From NCBI GenBank assembly GCA_013286485.1, contig JABDFN010000001.1, forward strand, positions 4,867-68,866: a stretch of DNA of 64,000 nt. The letters run 5' to 3'. Source of the DNA: Bacteroidota bacterium. GTDB lineage: Bacteria > Bacteroidota > Bacteroidia > Chitinophagales > Chitinophagaceae. The notes beneath the pieces were generated by a model, which saw only the letters and a program-made list of their open reading frames with translations, had not been told where the DNA came from and ran no database searches. The position numbers and the translations under genes are program-made. Shown here one piece after another: positions 48,721 through 59,642 of the stretch; within the stretch, counting starts at the first letter, position 1, and each line of letters opens with the position of its first letter.

Positions 48721-48809
48721 GCTTCATTCCTCGCGGTCAAAATGACACATATTTTGCAATAGTGTTTCGTGAGATTGCTTCGTTCCTCGCAATGACACAT
48801 GTTTTGTAA
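48721..48809 (+). repeat. two direct copies of a REP-like word GCTTC(A/G)TTCCTCGC..AATGACACAT(A/G)TTTTG(C/T)AA
   Basis: Copy A at 48721-48759 carries a 6-nt insert (GGTCAA). Copy B lies at 48777-48809. Confidence 0.7.
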
Positions 48810-48814
48810 ATAAA

Positions 48815-48838
48815 AAAGCTGCCCTTTCGAACAGCTTT
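48815..48838 (-). terminator. intrinsic terminator of the hbd-like gene
   Basis: The minus strand reads AAAGCTG ttcgaaaggg CAGCTTT followed by TTTTATTT, 29 nt past the stop. Confidence 0.6.
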
Positions 48839-48866
48839 CTACTTTATACTAATTACTTACTTCTAC

Positions 48867-49850
48867 TTATAATTTCCATTGTTTGTTTTTGAAGCGGGAG
48901 GAGACAACGAGGTCTTTGCTGCCGGGTGTGTATTTATAAAACCCTTCGCCGGATTTAACACCGAGGAAACCCGCCTGCACCATATTTGCGAGCAATGTAG
49001 CCGGTGCGTATTTCTGATTGCCGAAGCCCATGTGCAATACGTTCATGATAGAATAACAAGTATCCAGACCAATAAAGTCTGCCAGTTGTAACGGACCCAT
49101 TGGGTGCGCCATACCAAGTTTCATAATTGTGTCTATTTCTTCTACACCTGCAACACCTTCCTGCAAAGACAAAATAGCTTCGTTGATCAAAGGCATGAGT
49201 ATGCGATTAGAAATAAAACCAGGGTAATCGTTTACTACGCAAGGGACTTTACCCAAATACTTAGACAGATCATATACGGTTTGTGTTACTGTAGCATCAG
49301 TTGCATAGCCATTGATTATCTCAATAAGTCTCATCACCGGAACAGGATTCATAAAGTGCATGCCGATAACCTGACCGGGGCGCTTTGTGAATGAACCGAT
49401 GCGGGTAATAGAAATAGAAGATGTGTTGGTAGCAAGAATGGTATGTGGTGGGCATAGCTTATCGAGGTCCTGGAAAATTTTGATCTTCAGGTCGATATTT
49501 TCTGTAGCTGCCTCTACTACCAGATCAGCATCTTTAACAGCATCTGCCAAAGCCGTATAAGTGGTAATACGGGAGAGCGCCTGCTTTTTGTCATCTTCAG
49601 TTAAAGTATTCTTAGCTACCTGCCTGTCCATGTTTTTGCCGATGGTGGCGATAGCCTTGTCGAGGGCAGCCTGATTGATGTCCATCATATGGACATTGAA
49701 GCCGCTTTGCGCGAATACATGGCAAATGCCATTGCCCATAGTACCCGAACCGATAACCGTGACAATCTTTAATCTCTGTAGCATTTCCTGAATATTTTCG
49801 TTCATGCCGGCATGCGAAAGCTTTACCGGACTTTCAGTTGTTTGGATCAT
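48867..49850 (-). CDS. 3-hydroxyacyl-CoA / 3-hydroxybutyryl-CoA dehydrogenase
   Basis: NAD site VTVIGSGTMGNGI and the C-terminal 3HCDH domain (MGPLQLADFIGLD). The true start may be an internal Met (49805 or 49784). Confidence 0.9.
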   Translation of the reverse strand: MIQTTESPVKLSHAGMNENIQEMLQRLKIVTVIGSGTMGNGICHVFAQSGFNVHMMDINQAALDKAIATIGKNMDRQVAKNTLTEDDKKQALSRITTYTALADAVKDADLVVEAATENIDLKIKIFQDLDKLCPPHTILATNTSSISITRIGSFTKRPGQVIGMHFMNPVPVMRLIEIINGYATDATVTQTVYDLSKYLGKVPCVVNDYPGFISNRILMPLINEAILSLQEGVAGVEEIDTIMKLGMAHPMGPLQLADFIGLDTCYSIMNVLHMGFGNQKYAPATLLANMVQAGFLGVKSGEGFYKYTPGSKDLVVSSRFKNKQWKL

Positions 49851-50016
49851 TAATAAATATTTTTAAAAACGGCTCAAGATAACGAAAAAATAACCTCAGC
49901 CTAACGTAATGATAAAGAGTGTGGAAAAATATTTATAATTAAAATACCTCCTGTTTTGACAATCAATTTTAACTAATTGCATATAAATTTTCAACTAAAT
50001 TTACTGACCAGTTAGT

Positions 50017-52671
50017 ATGAATATACAGCGCGCTACACCCGTAAATGAGTTATTAGCAAAGCTTATTTTTTTAATATTACCGACCAGCATTGTAGGCTAT
50101 TTTTTGCTTGCTAATGCCAATGTGTATTATTCTATTCTCAGCAACAGGGCATGGCAGCAGAGCAGTTATTTTTTAGCAGGCATGGCTATATCGGCCATAT
50201 TCTACGCTTTCAGATTCAGGTTTTTACCCAGCTTTATTTTACTGATCGTTGGATTGTATGTTATATATAAGGGATTAGATAAGTATGCAACGGGAGAGTT
50301 TGACGCATTTTTTATTTCAGTACAATTTCTTGTCTTTGCCATACTGTTTAGTTGTGGCTGGCTGATAGGTTGGGGCTTTGTAAGACTGAGATATTGGTCG
50401 GTACTAGTTGCGGCTGCTTTATTATGCTCGTGTATATTATTGATAGCAAAGGCCAATACAGATAGTGTATATAAACTTCTGGCTGCATTCTCCCCTGCTG
50501 TCTTATATTCAGTATATATCGTTTTTACCGCTGAGCAGATATATAGCTATAAAGACAAGTCTCAAAAATTCTGGTGGTTCTTAACAAGGCGACTTGCATT
50601 TTTCGGACTACTTGCTCTATTACTGCTTGGCGGTGTTGTATACCTGATGCGTGATGAGATAAAAGAAACCGTAGAAAATTTCGGAGGCGGGCATAAGGAC
50701 GGGAACAGCATGCTTCAAAAAAACAAGGACAATACATTTGACCTGAAAAGATATACACGCCTGAGCCCAGCACTGAGCAGGAGTGATAACCTGTTGTTTT
50801 GCGCGCATATAGATAATTTTCTTCCCGGTACTCAAATACCGAACCCACTTTACCTGACCGCATTTTACTACACCAAATTTGATACCAGCACTGAGACATT
50901 TGAAAGGGATTCCCTGATACCATCTAACGATCTGTTTGAACCTAACCCGGGAAGGATGCCACTATTCAGCACCCAAACAGATTCTTCCGTGATCAAAAAC
51001 AGCATGTCGAACAGGCTGAGAAAAACTGTGGACATAGAGGTGTACTGTAAAGAGCTATCATCGAACACCTACCTGGCACCGAATGTGGGCTATTTTGTTC
51101 AACCGATAACTATAGAAAAAGATTTCAGGAATGAATTTAGAACTGCATTCAGGGCAAAGAGCTATTCATCTTTACTCAACAGCGCATACTTTGTTTATAA
51201 TGTACCGAAACCTGATCCTAAAAAATATCACGGGCAGGTACTGAATAATCTTATAGCGCTTAATAATTTTCAGCAATTAAGATTTGACACACTGAGGAAG
51301 GCAGCAGATTATTCAAAAATGGATAAAAGCTTTATGAGCTATTATACCTATATGCCTAGTGATGCGAAATTTAAAAAAATATCGGACCTGGCCCACCAGG
51401 TAACAGATAAGGGCACTACCACAGTAGACCGAGTGCTGGCGATAAGAGATTATTTTATGGCAAGGGATGAAAATGGTCAAAAGATATTTAGCTATACAGA
51501 TAACCCGGGCGTACCGGATATACCGAGCGCATCTAAGCTGATGTATTTTTTATTTGAAAACCATAAAGGGTATTGCGCATATTATGCAGGTGCCACATTA
51601 TTCATGCTTCGTTCTTTGGGTATACCATCGCGAATAGCAGTAGGCTTTTTGACAGAAAACAGGAGCGATAAAAACCCGGGATGGTATTGGTATTATGCCA
51701 ACCAGGCGCATGCATGGGTACAGGTTTATTTTCCGGGATACGGATGGATGGATTTTGATACTACTGTTGGCAATGACGATGAGAACAGAGATACACCCAA
51801 ACCTGACGGCACACCACCTATGCAGCCACCGAAAGCATGGCTGGCGACTGATGGCGTTGTAGAAGATATAGATACTGCTAAAAAACGCATGGTACTAAAG
51901 GTGCAGCAAATGGTATTTCATGATAAGGAATACAAATTGACCACAGCTGTGAGCATTGATATGGACCTGAAAGTAGCGGCAGTGAGAATTGACAGTAATG
52001 AAGTGCCTATCAGTAATATTCATAAGGGTGATAGCGCAACTGCTGTATCTTATGCTGATGTGATGAAACAATTAGCGGTGAGTGAAAACGAAAAAGGTGA
52101 GCATATTATTCAGCGCTTTCCAAAACCGGCTCCTATTGACGAAGTATATCTGAAACGTAAAATACAACTGAAAAAAGAGCAATTACTATCGCCAACAACA
52201 CAAGAAAAAACAACAGACTGGAAAAAAATTGCATGGACCTCTGTTGGGATAGCCGGCGGCGTGCTACTATTCTTTTTGCTATTACCATTGCTGATACTCG
52301 CCTATTATACAATAAGGCACCGCGCATCAAAAGATGATCATAAAGCATATTGGGCATACCGGACTGCAGGGTATTATTTACACCAGCTTGGGTGGTACAG
52401 GGGAGCCAATACGCCAATGCAATATGCGTCGAAAATCATAGACCCGCAATTCGGAACATCGTTCACCCGATTTATGAATGTGTACCTGAAACAAAAGTAT
52501 GCCAAACAAGCCCTGACACCAGCAGAACAAGAAACCGCCAATAGTTTTCTTGCAGGCTTTATGCCTAACATAAGAAAACAAACTACATTTAAAAAACGGT
52601 TGTCGGGTTTTGTAAATCCTTTCAGAAGTATCAGTTATTTTGTGATGCCTGATGATGAAAAAGAAATGTAG
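50017..52671 (+). CDS. transglutaminase-like multi-pass membrane protein (TgpA-like)
   Basis: 884 aa with N-terminal TM helices. Transglutaminase core: HKGYCAYYAGATLFMLRSLGIPSR...AHAWVQVYFPGYGWMDFDTT (Cys-His-Asp). A late TM segment is also present. Confidence 0.8.
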   Translation: MNIQRATPVNELLAKLIFLILPTSIVGYFLLANANVYYSILSNRAWQQSSYFLAGMAISAIFYAFRFRFLPSFILLIVGLYVIYKGLDKYATGEFDAFFISVQFLVFAILFSCGWLIGWGFVRLRYWSVLVAAALLCSCILLIAKANTDSVYKLLAAFSPAVLYSVYIVFTAEQIYSYKDKSQKFWWFLTRRLAFFGLLALLLLGGVVYLMRDEIKETVENFGGGHKDGNSMLQKNKDNTFDLKRYTRLSPALSRSDNLLFCAHIDNFLPGTQIPNPLYLTAFYYTKFDTSTETFERDSLIPSNDLFEPNPGRMPLFSTQTDSSVIKNSMSNRLRKTVDIEVYCKELSSNTYLAPNVGYFVQPITIEKDFRNEFRTAFRAKSYSSLLNSAYFVYNVPKPDPKKYHGQVLNNLIALNNFQQLRFDTLRKAADYSKMDKSFMSYYTYMPSDAKFKKISDLAHQVTDKGTTTVDRVLAIRDYFMARDENGQKIFSYTDNPGVPDIPSASKLMYFLFENHKGYCAYYAGATLFMLRSLGIPSRIAVGFLTENRSDKNPGWYWYYANQAHAWVQVYFPGYGWMDFDTTVGNDDENRDTPKPDGTPPMQPPKAWLATDGVVEDIDTAKKRMVLKVQQMVFHDKEYKLTTAVSIDMDLKVAAVRIDSNEVPISNIHKGDSATAVSYADVMKQLAVSENEKGEHIIQRFPKPAPIDEVYLKRKIQLKKEQLLSPTTQEKTTDWKKIAWTSVGIAGGVLLFFLLLPLLILAYYTIRHRASKDDHKAYWAYRTAGYYLHQLGWYRGANTPMQYASKIIDPQFGTSFTRFMNVYLKQKYAKQALTPAEQETANSFLAGFMPNIRKQTTFKKRLSGFVNPFRSISYFVMPDDEKEM

Positions 52672-52722
52672 CTTTGACGACAAATTTGTCAATTTGATAA
52701 TTAAAATATTAATCTAATTCAA

Positions 52723-54999
52723 TTGAGACGAGAAGAATTACAAGAAGGTAGTAAAAAGAAAAAGGCCAAGCGTTCAGTAAAAATACTTTGGTATTGCTTT
52801 TTCACACTTATTCTTCTATTTGTTGCACTTATACTCATGGGCAATTTTGGCATGCTGGGTTATATGCCGTCTATGAGTGAGCTTGAAAACCCGAGCAGCG
52901 CTATATCATCAGAAGTTTTAGCAGCAGACGGCAGTATGATAGGGAGATATTATGTACAAGACAGAAGCACCTGCAAACATTCTGAAATATCTAACAATAT
53001 ATACAACGCGCTGATAGCAACAGAAGATGCGCGGTTCTATGAACACTCGGGTATAGACCCATGGGGAACGCTTGCTATCCCATTATATTTAGCCATACAT
53101 AAAAAAAGAGGTTCTTCGACCATAACTCAACAGTTAGCTAAAAATCTTTTTCCGCGGAAGAATGAAAATACATTGACCCTACCCTTTCTAAAATTGAAAG
53201 AGTGGATAATGGCAGTAAAACTGGAGCGAAATCTTACTAAGGATGAGATCATAACATTATACCTAAACACAGTGCCATTTAGTGATAATGTGTATGGTAT
53301 ACGTAATGCGTCACTTACTTTCTTTAATAAAACACCTGATAAAGTAACTGTGGATGAAGCAGCCGTACTTATAGGTATGCTGAAAGGGAATACGCTCTAC
53401 AACCCACGCCGCAATCCGAAGCTGGCACTTGAAAGAAGGAATACTGTGATCGATCAAATGAATAAGTATGATTACCTGAGTGATGATTCTGAAAAATTTT
53501 ATTCCGAAAAGCCCATAATACTGGATTATCATAAACTGGATTATCATGAAGGTATGGCGCCTTATTTCAGACAGGTGTTGGAATTAGAGGTAAAAGATAT
53601 TTGCAAAACGCTGAAAAGACCTGATGGTAAACCATATGATCTGTATAAAGACGGGCTGAAAATATATACCACCATAGATGTGCGCATGCAACGATATGCA
53701 GAGGAAGCAGTGGATGAGCATATGGCTGAATTGCAAAAACTATTCATCAGTCAATCGAGCTATAGAGATGGCAGTGTATGGCAGAAACACCAGGATATAC
53801 TGGAACAAGGCATCAGGCAAAGTGATCGCTATGCTATGCTGAAGGATGATGGCATGAGCGATGAGGATATACGAAAAGAATTTAGCAAGCCAATAAAAAT
53901 GAGGGTGTTTGCGTGGAACAAGGCAAAGTATAAAGACACCGTGATGAGCCCCATTGATTCCATTAAATACATGAAGCTCTTTTTGCAGGCAGGCTTTTTA
54001 GTAATGGATCCGTATACAGGCGAAGTAAAAGCATGGGTGGGTGGTATAGACCATACTTATTTTCAGTTTGACCATGTGAACATCAATACCAAAAGGCAAG
54101 TTGGCTCTACTATAAAACCGATGTTGTATTGCCTGGCAGTAGACAACGGGTTTTCGCCATGCGGTATTTTATCAACAGCGCCACAGGATTTTCCAGAGTT
54201 TATGAACCACCCATATGATGCGGGCGGAAAAGAGAAGGGAGATATTACAATGAGCTATGCACTTGCCAACTCTATCAATAATGCTGCTTTATATTTAGTA
54301 AAACAAGTTGGTATCAATGCATTTGTAGATTTTGTGCACAAATGCGGTATAACAAGCTTTATAGATAAAGTACCAGCATCTGCATTGGGCACACCCGATA
54401 TTTCTTTATACGAAATGCTGGGAGCCTATAGTATGTTTCCTGCCAAAGGCATACATACCGATCCGTTTTACATTTTAAAGATCGAGGATAAGAACGGCAT
54501 GTTGTTGAAAAATTTTACTCCGCAACAAAGGGAAATCATTAATCCGACAACAGCGTTTAAAATGGTGGGGCTGATGGAAGGTGTGATACAACATGGTACG
54601 GGTATAAGAATGCGATCTATGTACCACTTAATGAGTGATATAGCAGGCAAAACAGGAACTACCAATAAACAAGCAGATGCATGGTTCATAGGTTATACAC
54701 CGCAAATCATTGCAGGGGCTTGGGTGGGTTGTGATGACCGTACCTTCCGCTTTACCAGCCAAAGATTAGGACAAGGCTCTGCAGCAGCACTGCCTATATG
54801 GGCTTATTTTATGAGACGTGTATATGCAGACAGATCGCTTGGAATAAAAACAGATGAAAAATTTGTGGCGCCAGAAGGTTTTAATAATTGTGAAATACAA
54901 GAGGACCAGATAAATAAGGAACGTGCGCAGGAAGCACAAAAAGGAACCTCAGAGCCACCAGAAAATCCTCCTACAGATGGCGTATGGGACCAACCCTAA
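52723..54999 (+). CDS. class A penicillin-binding protein (PBP1A: glycosyltransferase + transpeptidase)
   Basis: GT51 motifs ATEDARFYEHSGID and GSSTITQQLAKN. Transpeptidase motifs STIKP, SINN and KTGTT. The start is TTG. Confidence 0.93.
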   Translation: MRREELQEGSKKKKAKRSVKILWYCFFTLILLFVALILMGNFGMLGYMPSMSELENPSSAISSEVLAADGSMIGRYYVQDRSTCKHSEISNNIYNALIATEDARFYEHSGIDPWGTLAIPLYLAIHKKRGSSTITQQLAKNLFPRKNENTLTLPFLKLKEWIMAVKLERNLTKDEIITLYLNTVPFSDNVYGIRNASLTFFNKTPDKVTVDEAAVLIGMLKGNTLYNPRRNPKLALERRNTVIDQMNKYDYLSDDSEKFYSEKPIILDYHKLDYHEGMAPYFRQVLELEVKDICKTLKRPDGKPYDLYKDGLKIYTTIDVRMQRYAEEAVDEHMAELQKLFISQSSYRDGSVWQKHQDILEQGIRQSDRYAMLKDDGMSDEDIRKEFSKPIKMRVFAWNKAKYKDTVMSPIDSIKYMKLFLQAGFLVMDPYTGEVKAWVGGIDHTYFQFDHVNINTKRQVGSTIKPMLYCLAVDNGFSPCGILSTAPQDFPEFMNHPYDAGGKEKGDITMSYALANSINNAALYLVKQVGINAFVDFVHKCGITSFIDKVPASALGTPDISLYEMLGAYSMFPAKGIHTDPFYILKIEDKNGMLLKNFTPQQREIINPTTAFKMVGLMEGVIQHGTGIRMRSMYHLMSDIAGKTGTTNKQADAWFIGYTPQIIAGAWVGCDDRTFRFTSQRLGQGSAAALPIWAYFMRRVYADRSLGIKTDEKFVAPEGFNNCEIQEDQINKERAQEAQKGTSEPPENPPTDGVWDQP

Positions 55000-55008
55000 A
55001 AATAATTA

Positions 55009-56229
55009 ATGAATAAAGTAAAGATCATTAACGACCCGGTATATGGATTTCTACGCTTTCCGGAGCAGGAAGTAATCCAGATCATCAATCATCCGTGGTT
55101 TCAAAGATTGAGAAATATTAAGCAAATGGGGCTTGCTCATTTGGTATACCCCGGCGCTATGCACAGCCGACTGCACCATTCATTGGGAGCATGTCATTTG
55201 ATGGGCAAAGCACTAGACGAACTGAAAGCAAAAGGTATCGAGATCAGTAATGATGAATATGTAGCAGCAAGAATTGCCATACTGCTCCATGACATAGGAC
55301 ATACCGCATTCTCACATTCGCTTGAAAACCTGATAGCGCCCAACACTTCTCATGAAACCATATCTCATATTATTATGAGAAAGCTGGATAAAGAATTTAA
55401 TGGCATGCTTAGCCAAGCTATACAAATATTTGATTCTTCTTTTCAGAAAAAATATTTGCACCAGTTGGTATCGAGCCAATTGGATGTAGACAGAATGGAC
55501 TACCTGAACAGGGATAGTTTTTATACAGGCGTGTCGGAAGGTGTGATCGGTTACGATCGCATTTTACAAATGCTTACGGTACAAAATAATGAACTGATGG
55601 TAGAAGAGAAGGGCGTGCATTCTGTAGAAAAATTCATTATTGCTAGAAGGCTGATGTACTGGCAAGTATACCTGCATAAAACAGTTTTGGGTACCGAACA
55701 ATTACTCATAAATATTTTTAAACGGGCAAAGGAACTGGCACAAGATAAAATTGAATTATTCACTACTCCTGCTCTGCGCCATTTTCTGTATAGAAAAGAA
55801 GAATTGAAAACAGCAGATTTTGAAGAAAACGATGAACACCTGAAACGCTTTTGTGAATTAGATGATAGCGATGTATATACATGTATTAAAGTATGGCAGG
55901 AACATAAAGATGATGTATTATCTACTTTAAGTAAAATGCTTGTTTTAAGAAAATTGTATAAAGTTTTGCTGAGTTCTCAATCTTTGGCAAGCATTTTGAA
56001 AGAGAAAAGAGAAACCATTCAAAAAATGGCCGGGGTATACTCAAAACATTTAGATTATTTTGTATTTGATGGTACTACTTCTAATAATACTTATAATATA
56101 AATGATGAGCGAATAGCTATAGCAATGAAAGATGGAAGTGTAAAAGATATATCAGAAATTGATAATTCATTGATCAACCAAACCCTTTCCGGGCCAATAC
56201 ATAAGAATTATATTTGCTATATTCAGTAA
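55009..56229 (+). CDS. HD-domain phosphohydrolase (dNTPase-like), the conserved lpxD-upstream gene of Bacteroidota
   Basis: His/Asp metal motifs HSRLHHSLG, LLHDIGH and DVDRMDYLNRD. Confidence 0.85.
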   Translation: MNKVKIINDPVYGFLRFPEQEVIQIINHPWFQRLRNIKQMGLAHLVYPGAMHSRLHHSLGACHLMGKALDELKAKGIEISNDEYVAARIAILLHDIGHTAFSHSLENLIAPNTSHETISHIIMRKLDKEFNGMLSQAIQIFDSSFQKKYLHQLVSSQLDVDRMDYLNRDSFYTGVSEGVIGYDRILQMLTVQNNELMVEEKGVHSVEKFIIARRLMYWQVYLHKTVLGTEQLLINIFKRAKELAQDKIELFTTPALRHFLYRKEELKTADFEENDEHLKRFCELDDSDVYTCIKVWQEHKDDVLSTLSKMLVLRKLYKVLLSSQSLASILKEKRETIQKMAGVYSKHLDYFVFDGTTSNNTYNINDERIAIAMKDGSVKDISEIDNSLINQTLSGPIHKNYICYIQ

Positions 56230-56305
56230 TAAATAAGAAAAATGCATTTGGGTATAAAAACGTTTTAAGTCAAATGCTAAAAGAGAAGTCGTAATTTGGG
56301 GGTTT

Positions 56306-57379
56306 ATGCAGTTTACCGCGTTACAAATAGCTACATTAATAAAGGGAAATATAAGCGGGCATCCGGATGCTAAGGTGACGCATGTGGCTAAGATTGAAGA
56401 GGCTACTGAGGGTTCGTTGAGCTTTATTGCTAACCCGAAGTATGAGGAGTATTTGTACAGTACAAAGGCTTCTATCATTATTATTAATGATTCGCTGGAG
56501 GTGACAAAAGAAGTATTTCCCACTCTTATAAGGGTGAAGGACGCTTATAGCAGCTTTGCATTTTTGCTTGAAAAATATAATGAGATCATATCCCGCAGGG
56601 GCAAGAATGGCATAGAACAATTAGCCTATGTGTCTAAGACCGCTTCGATAGGGAAAAACGTATATATAGGGGCATTCAGCTATATTGGAGATAATGTATT
56701 GATAGGTGATAATGTAAAAATATTACCGGGTTGCTACATAGGAGACAATGTTGTAATAAATGAAGATTCGAAATTATATTCAGCTGTGAAAATATATGAA
56801 GGATGCTCTGTAGGTAGCAGGGTCATCATTCATTCAGGTACAGTGATAGGTGGGGATGGTTTTGGGTTTGCACCGCAAGAAGACGGTCATTATAAAAAAG
56901 TACCACAGATAGGAAATGTAATAATAGAAGATGATGTAGAAATAGGCTCTAATACTACTATTGACAGGGCTACGATGGGCTCTACCATTATACGTAAAGG
57001 GGTAAAAATGGACAATCTTATACAAATTGCCCATAATGTAGAAATTGGAGAAAATACAATAATAGCAGCACAAACAGGGATAGCAGGAAGCACTAAAGTG
57101 GGCAAAAACTGTGTAATTGGCGGGCAGGTAGGTATTGTAGGGCATATACATATTGCAGACGGTACCCGTATTAATGCACAAAGCGGATTGACCAAATCTG
57201 TAGAGGCCAGCAACATCACTTTAACAGGTAGTCCAGCATTTGATTATAAAAGTTCATTAAAAAGTCAGGCAATTTTTAGAAATTTGCCAGAATTGCAGCA
57301 ACGCATTCAACAACTGGAAGAAACAGTTCAGGAATTAACAACGTTGCTGGTACACCAAAATTTAGAGTTAAAGAAGTGA
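56306..57379 (+). CDS. lpxD: UDP-3-O-acylglucosamine N-acyltransferase
   Basis: 357 aa with an N-terminal LpxD domain ([12 protein letters not shown]), a long hexapeptide beta-helix and a C-terminal helix. Confidence 0.93.
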   Translation: MQFTALQIATLIKGNISGHPDAKVTHVAKIEEATEGSLSFIANPKYEEYLYSTKASIIIINDSLEVTKEVFPTLIRVKDAYSSFAFLLEKYNEIISRRGKNGIEQLAYVSKTASIGKNVYIGAFSYIGDNVLIGDNVKILPGCYIGDNVVINEDSKLYSAVKIYEGCSVGSRVIIHSGTVIGGDGFGFAPQEDGHYKKVPQIGNVIIEDDVEIGSNTTIDRATMGSTIIRKGVKMDNLIQIAHNVEIGENTIIAAQTGIAGSTKVGKNCVIGGQVGIVGHIHIADGTRINAQSGLTKSVEASNITLTGSPAFDYKSSLKSQAIFRNLPELQQRIQQLEETVQELTTLLVHQNLELKK

Positions 57380-58845
57380 ATATAGAAACATTGCTGAGTT
57401 CTAACTCAAGTAACCAAGTATCAGAATCAGGAGCCAGTTTACCATCTGGTCAAAACCAGCAGACCCTTAAAGGATCTGTAACTCTTAACGGGGTAGGTTT
57501 GCACACAGGCGAACATGTAACAATGACCATGAAGCCCGCTAACCCGGGATTCGGTATTCGTTTTCAACGTATTGACCTTCCTGAAAAACCGGTAGTAAAG
57601 GCTGATGTAGATTTTGTAATAGATACATCGAGAGGAACTACTATTGATCATAATGGCGCACGTGTAAGTACCATAGAACATACATTGGCAGCATTGGTAG
57701 GTATGGGCATTGACAATATTTTGATAGAGTTGGACGGACCGGAAGTTCCGATACTGGATGGAAGTGCACGCCAATTTATTGAAGCCATTGAAAGTGTAGG
57801 CATACTAGAACAGGAAGCCAAACGAATTGTATACAATATAGATACCAACATACATTATTACGACCCTGTGAAGAATGTAGACATGTTGGCTGTACCGTCT
57901 AATGAATACCAGGTAACTACCCTGATAGATTTTAATTCTCCGGTTTTAGGAACACAACATGCTACCCTTAAGCACATATTAGAATTCAGGGATGAAATAG
58001 GACCGTGCAGAACCTTTTGTTTTTTGCATGAATTAGAATACCTGCTTGACAATAACCTCATAAAGGGTGGAGATGTGAGCAACGCTATTGTTGTAGTAGA
58101 TAAAGTAGTAAGTGACAAAGAGTTAGAAAGGCTAGCAAAAGTATTTAATAAGCCTAAAATAGAAGTAAAACAAGAAGGTATATTGAATAATGTGCAACTG
58201 CATTTCCCTAACGAACCAGCCAGGCATAAATTGCTGGATGTAGTTGGCGATCTTGCATTGGTAGGCCATTCTATAAAGGCACATATTATAGCCAGCCGTC
58301 CGGGACATGCGAGCAATGTAGAGTTTGCGAGAAAAATAAAACAGTATATCAAAAGAAACAGGCACCTGTCTGATGTACCCAATTATGATCCTAACCAGGA
58401 AGCTATTTATGACATCAATAAAATAGAAAAGGTATTACCACATAAGTATCCATTCCTGCTTATTGATAAGATCATAGAACTGAGCGACAGCCATGTGATA
58501 GGGGTTAAGAATGTAACGTTCAACGAACATTTTTTCCAGGGGCACTTTCCGGGAAATCCTGTAATGCCGGGTGTATTGCAAATAGAAGCGCTTGCACAAG
58601 CAGGTGGTATATTGGCTATGAATACACTACCCGACCCTGAAAATTATGATACTTACTTTATTAAAATAGATAAGGCGCGTTTCAAACAAAAAGTTGTACC
58701 GGGTGATACGCTGATACTTAAACTTGATCTTATAAATCCTATACGCAGAGGTATTTGTGAAATGCGCGCTGTTGCATACGTAGGAAATAAATTAGTAGTA
58801 GAAGCAGAACTGGTAGCACAACTAATCAGAAAAGATAAAAAATGA
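57376..58845 (+). CDS. lpxC: bifunctional UDP-3-O-acyl-GlcNAc deacetylase / 3-hydroxyacyl-ACP dehydratase (LpxC/FabZ fusion)
   Basis: The LpxC part has [18 protein letters not shown] and HKLLD-x-(2)-GDL. The FabZ hot-dog part has [13 protein letters not shown] and [16 protein letters not shown]. The GTG start overlaps the lpxD stop. Confidence 0.93.
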   Translation: MNIETLLSSNSSNQVSESGASLPSGQNQQTLKGSVTLNGVGLHTGEHVTMTMKPANPGFGIRFQRIDLPEKPVVKADVDFVIDTSRGTTIDHNGARVSTIEHTLAALVGMGIDNILIELDGPEVPILDGSARQFIEAIESVGILEQEAKRIVYNIDTNIHYYDPVKNVDMLAVPSNEYQVTTLIDFNSPVLGTQHATLKHILEFRDEIGPCRTFCFLHELEYLLDNNLIKGGDVSNAIVVVDKVVSDKELERLAKVFNKPKIEVKQEGILNNVQLHFPNEPARHKLLDVVGDLALVGHSIKAHIIASRPGHASNVEFARKIKQYIKRNRHLSDVPNYDPNQEAIYDINKIEKVLPHKYPFLLIDKIIELSDSHVIGVKNVTFNEHFFQGHFPGNPVMPGVLQIEALAQAGGILAMNTLPDPENYDTYFIKIDKARFKQKVVPGDTLILKLDLINPIRRGICEMRAVAYVGNKLVVEAELVAQLIRKDKK

Positions 58846-59642
58846 TCCACCCCCTCACGTATATACATCCTGACGCGAAAATAGCGCCGAATGTAAAGAT
58901 TGATCCTTTTACAACTATCCATAAAAACGTGGAGATAGGCGAAGGAACATGGATAGCATCGAATGTTACTATAATGGAAGGTGCGCGTATAGGCAAGAAC
59001 TGCAGGATATTTCCGAGCTCTGTAATATCAGCTATTCCACAGGACCTGAAATTTAAGGGCGAAGATACACTTACCATCATCGGCGATAATACTACCATCC
59101 GCGAATGTGTGACCATCAACAGAGGAACTGTAGATAGAAACACAACTAAGATCGGCAACAATTGCCTGATAATGGCATATACACATATAGCACATGACTG
59201 CGAAGTAGGCAACTATTGCATATTTTCAAACAACACTACTCTTGCCGGCCATATTACAGTTGGTGATAACGTTGTATTAGCCGGACTAACCGCAGTACAA
59301 CAATTTGTAAGAATTGGTTCACATGCATTTGTTACCGGCGGATCGCTTGTAAGAAAGGATGTACCGCCGTATGTGAAAGCAGCACGTGAACCTTTATCTT
59401 ATGTGGGTGTTAATTCTGTTGGCCTGAAAAGAAGAGGCTATTCTATAGAAAAAGTAAACCAGATACTGGATATATATCGCATCCTTTTTGTGCGCGGTTA
59501 TAATGTATCAAAAGCATTGAGCATTATTGAAACTGAAATACCGGTATCTGATGAACGGGATGAAATTGTATCATTTGTGCGCGAAACAGGCCGCGGTATT
59601 ATGAAAGGATATATTCGCCGTCACAATGAAGATATCCCTTGA
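58842..59642 (+). CDS. lpxA: acyl-ACP--UDP-GlcNAc O-acyltransferase
   Basis: 266 aa: hexapeptide helix plus the C-terminal LpxA helical domain. The start overlaps the upstream stop by 4 nt. Confidence 0.93.
   Translation: MIHPLTYIHPDAKIAPNVKIDPFTTIHKNVEIGEGTWIASNVTIMEGARIGKNCRIFPSSVISAIPQDLKFKGEDTLTIIGDNTTIRECVTINRGTVDRNTTKIGNNCLIMAYTHIAHDCEVGNYCIFSNNTTLAGHITVGDNVVLAGLTAVQQFVRIGSHAFVTGGSLVRKDVPPYVKAAREPLSYVGVNSVGLKRRGYSIEKVNQILDIYRILFVRGYNVSKALSIIETEIPVSDERDEIVSFVRETGRGIMKGYIRRHNEDIP

Noticed and set aside
55009-56229. HD-domain (SAMHD1/dGTPase-like) protein as a possible anti-phage dNTPase.
   Set aside because: It sits in the conserved housekeeping position directly upstream of lpxD, as in many Bacteroidota, with no accessory defence-type neighbours. 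Nothing in the sequence argues for a defence role.
57376-58845. LpxC-FabZ fusion and the 4-17 nt overlaps within lpxD-lpxC/fabZ-lpxA-ABC as a possible novelty.
   Set aside because: The bifunctional LpxC/FabZ gene, and this gene order preceded by the HD-domain gene, is a well-known conserved feature of Bacteroidota.
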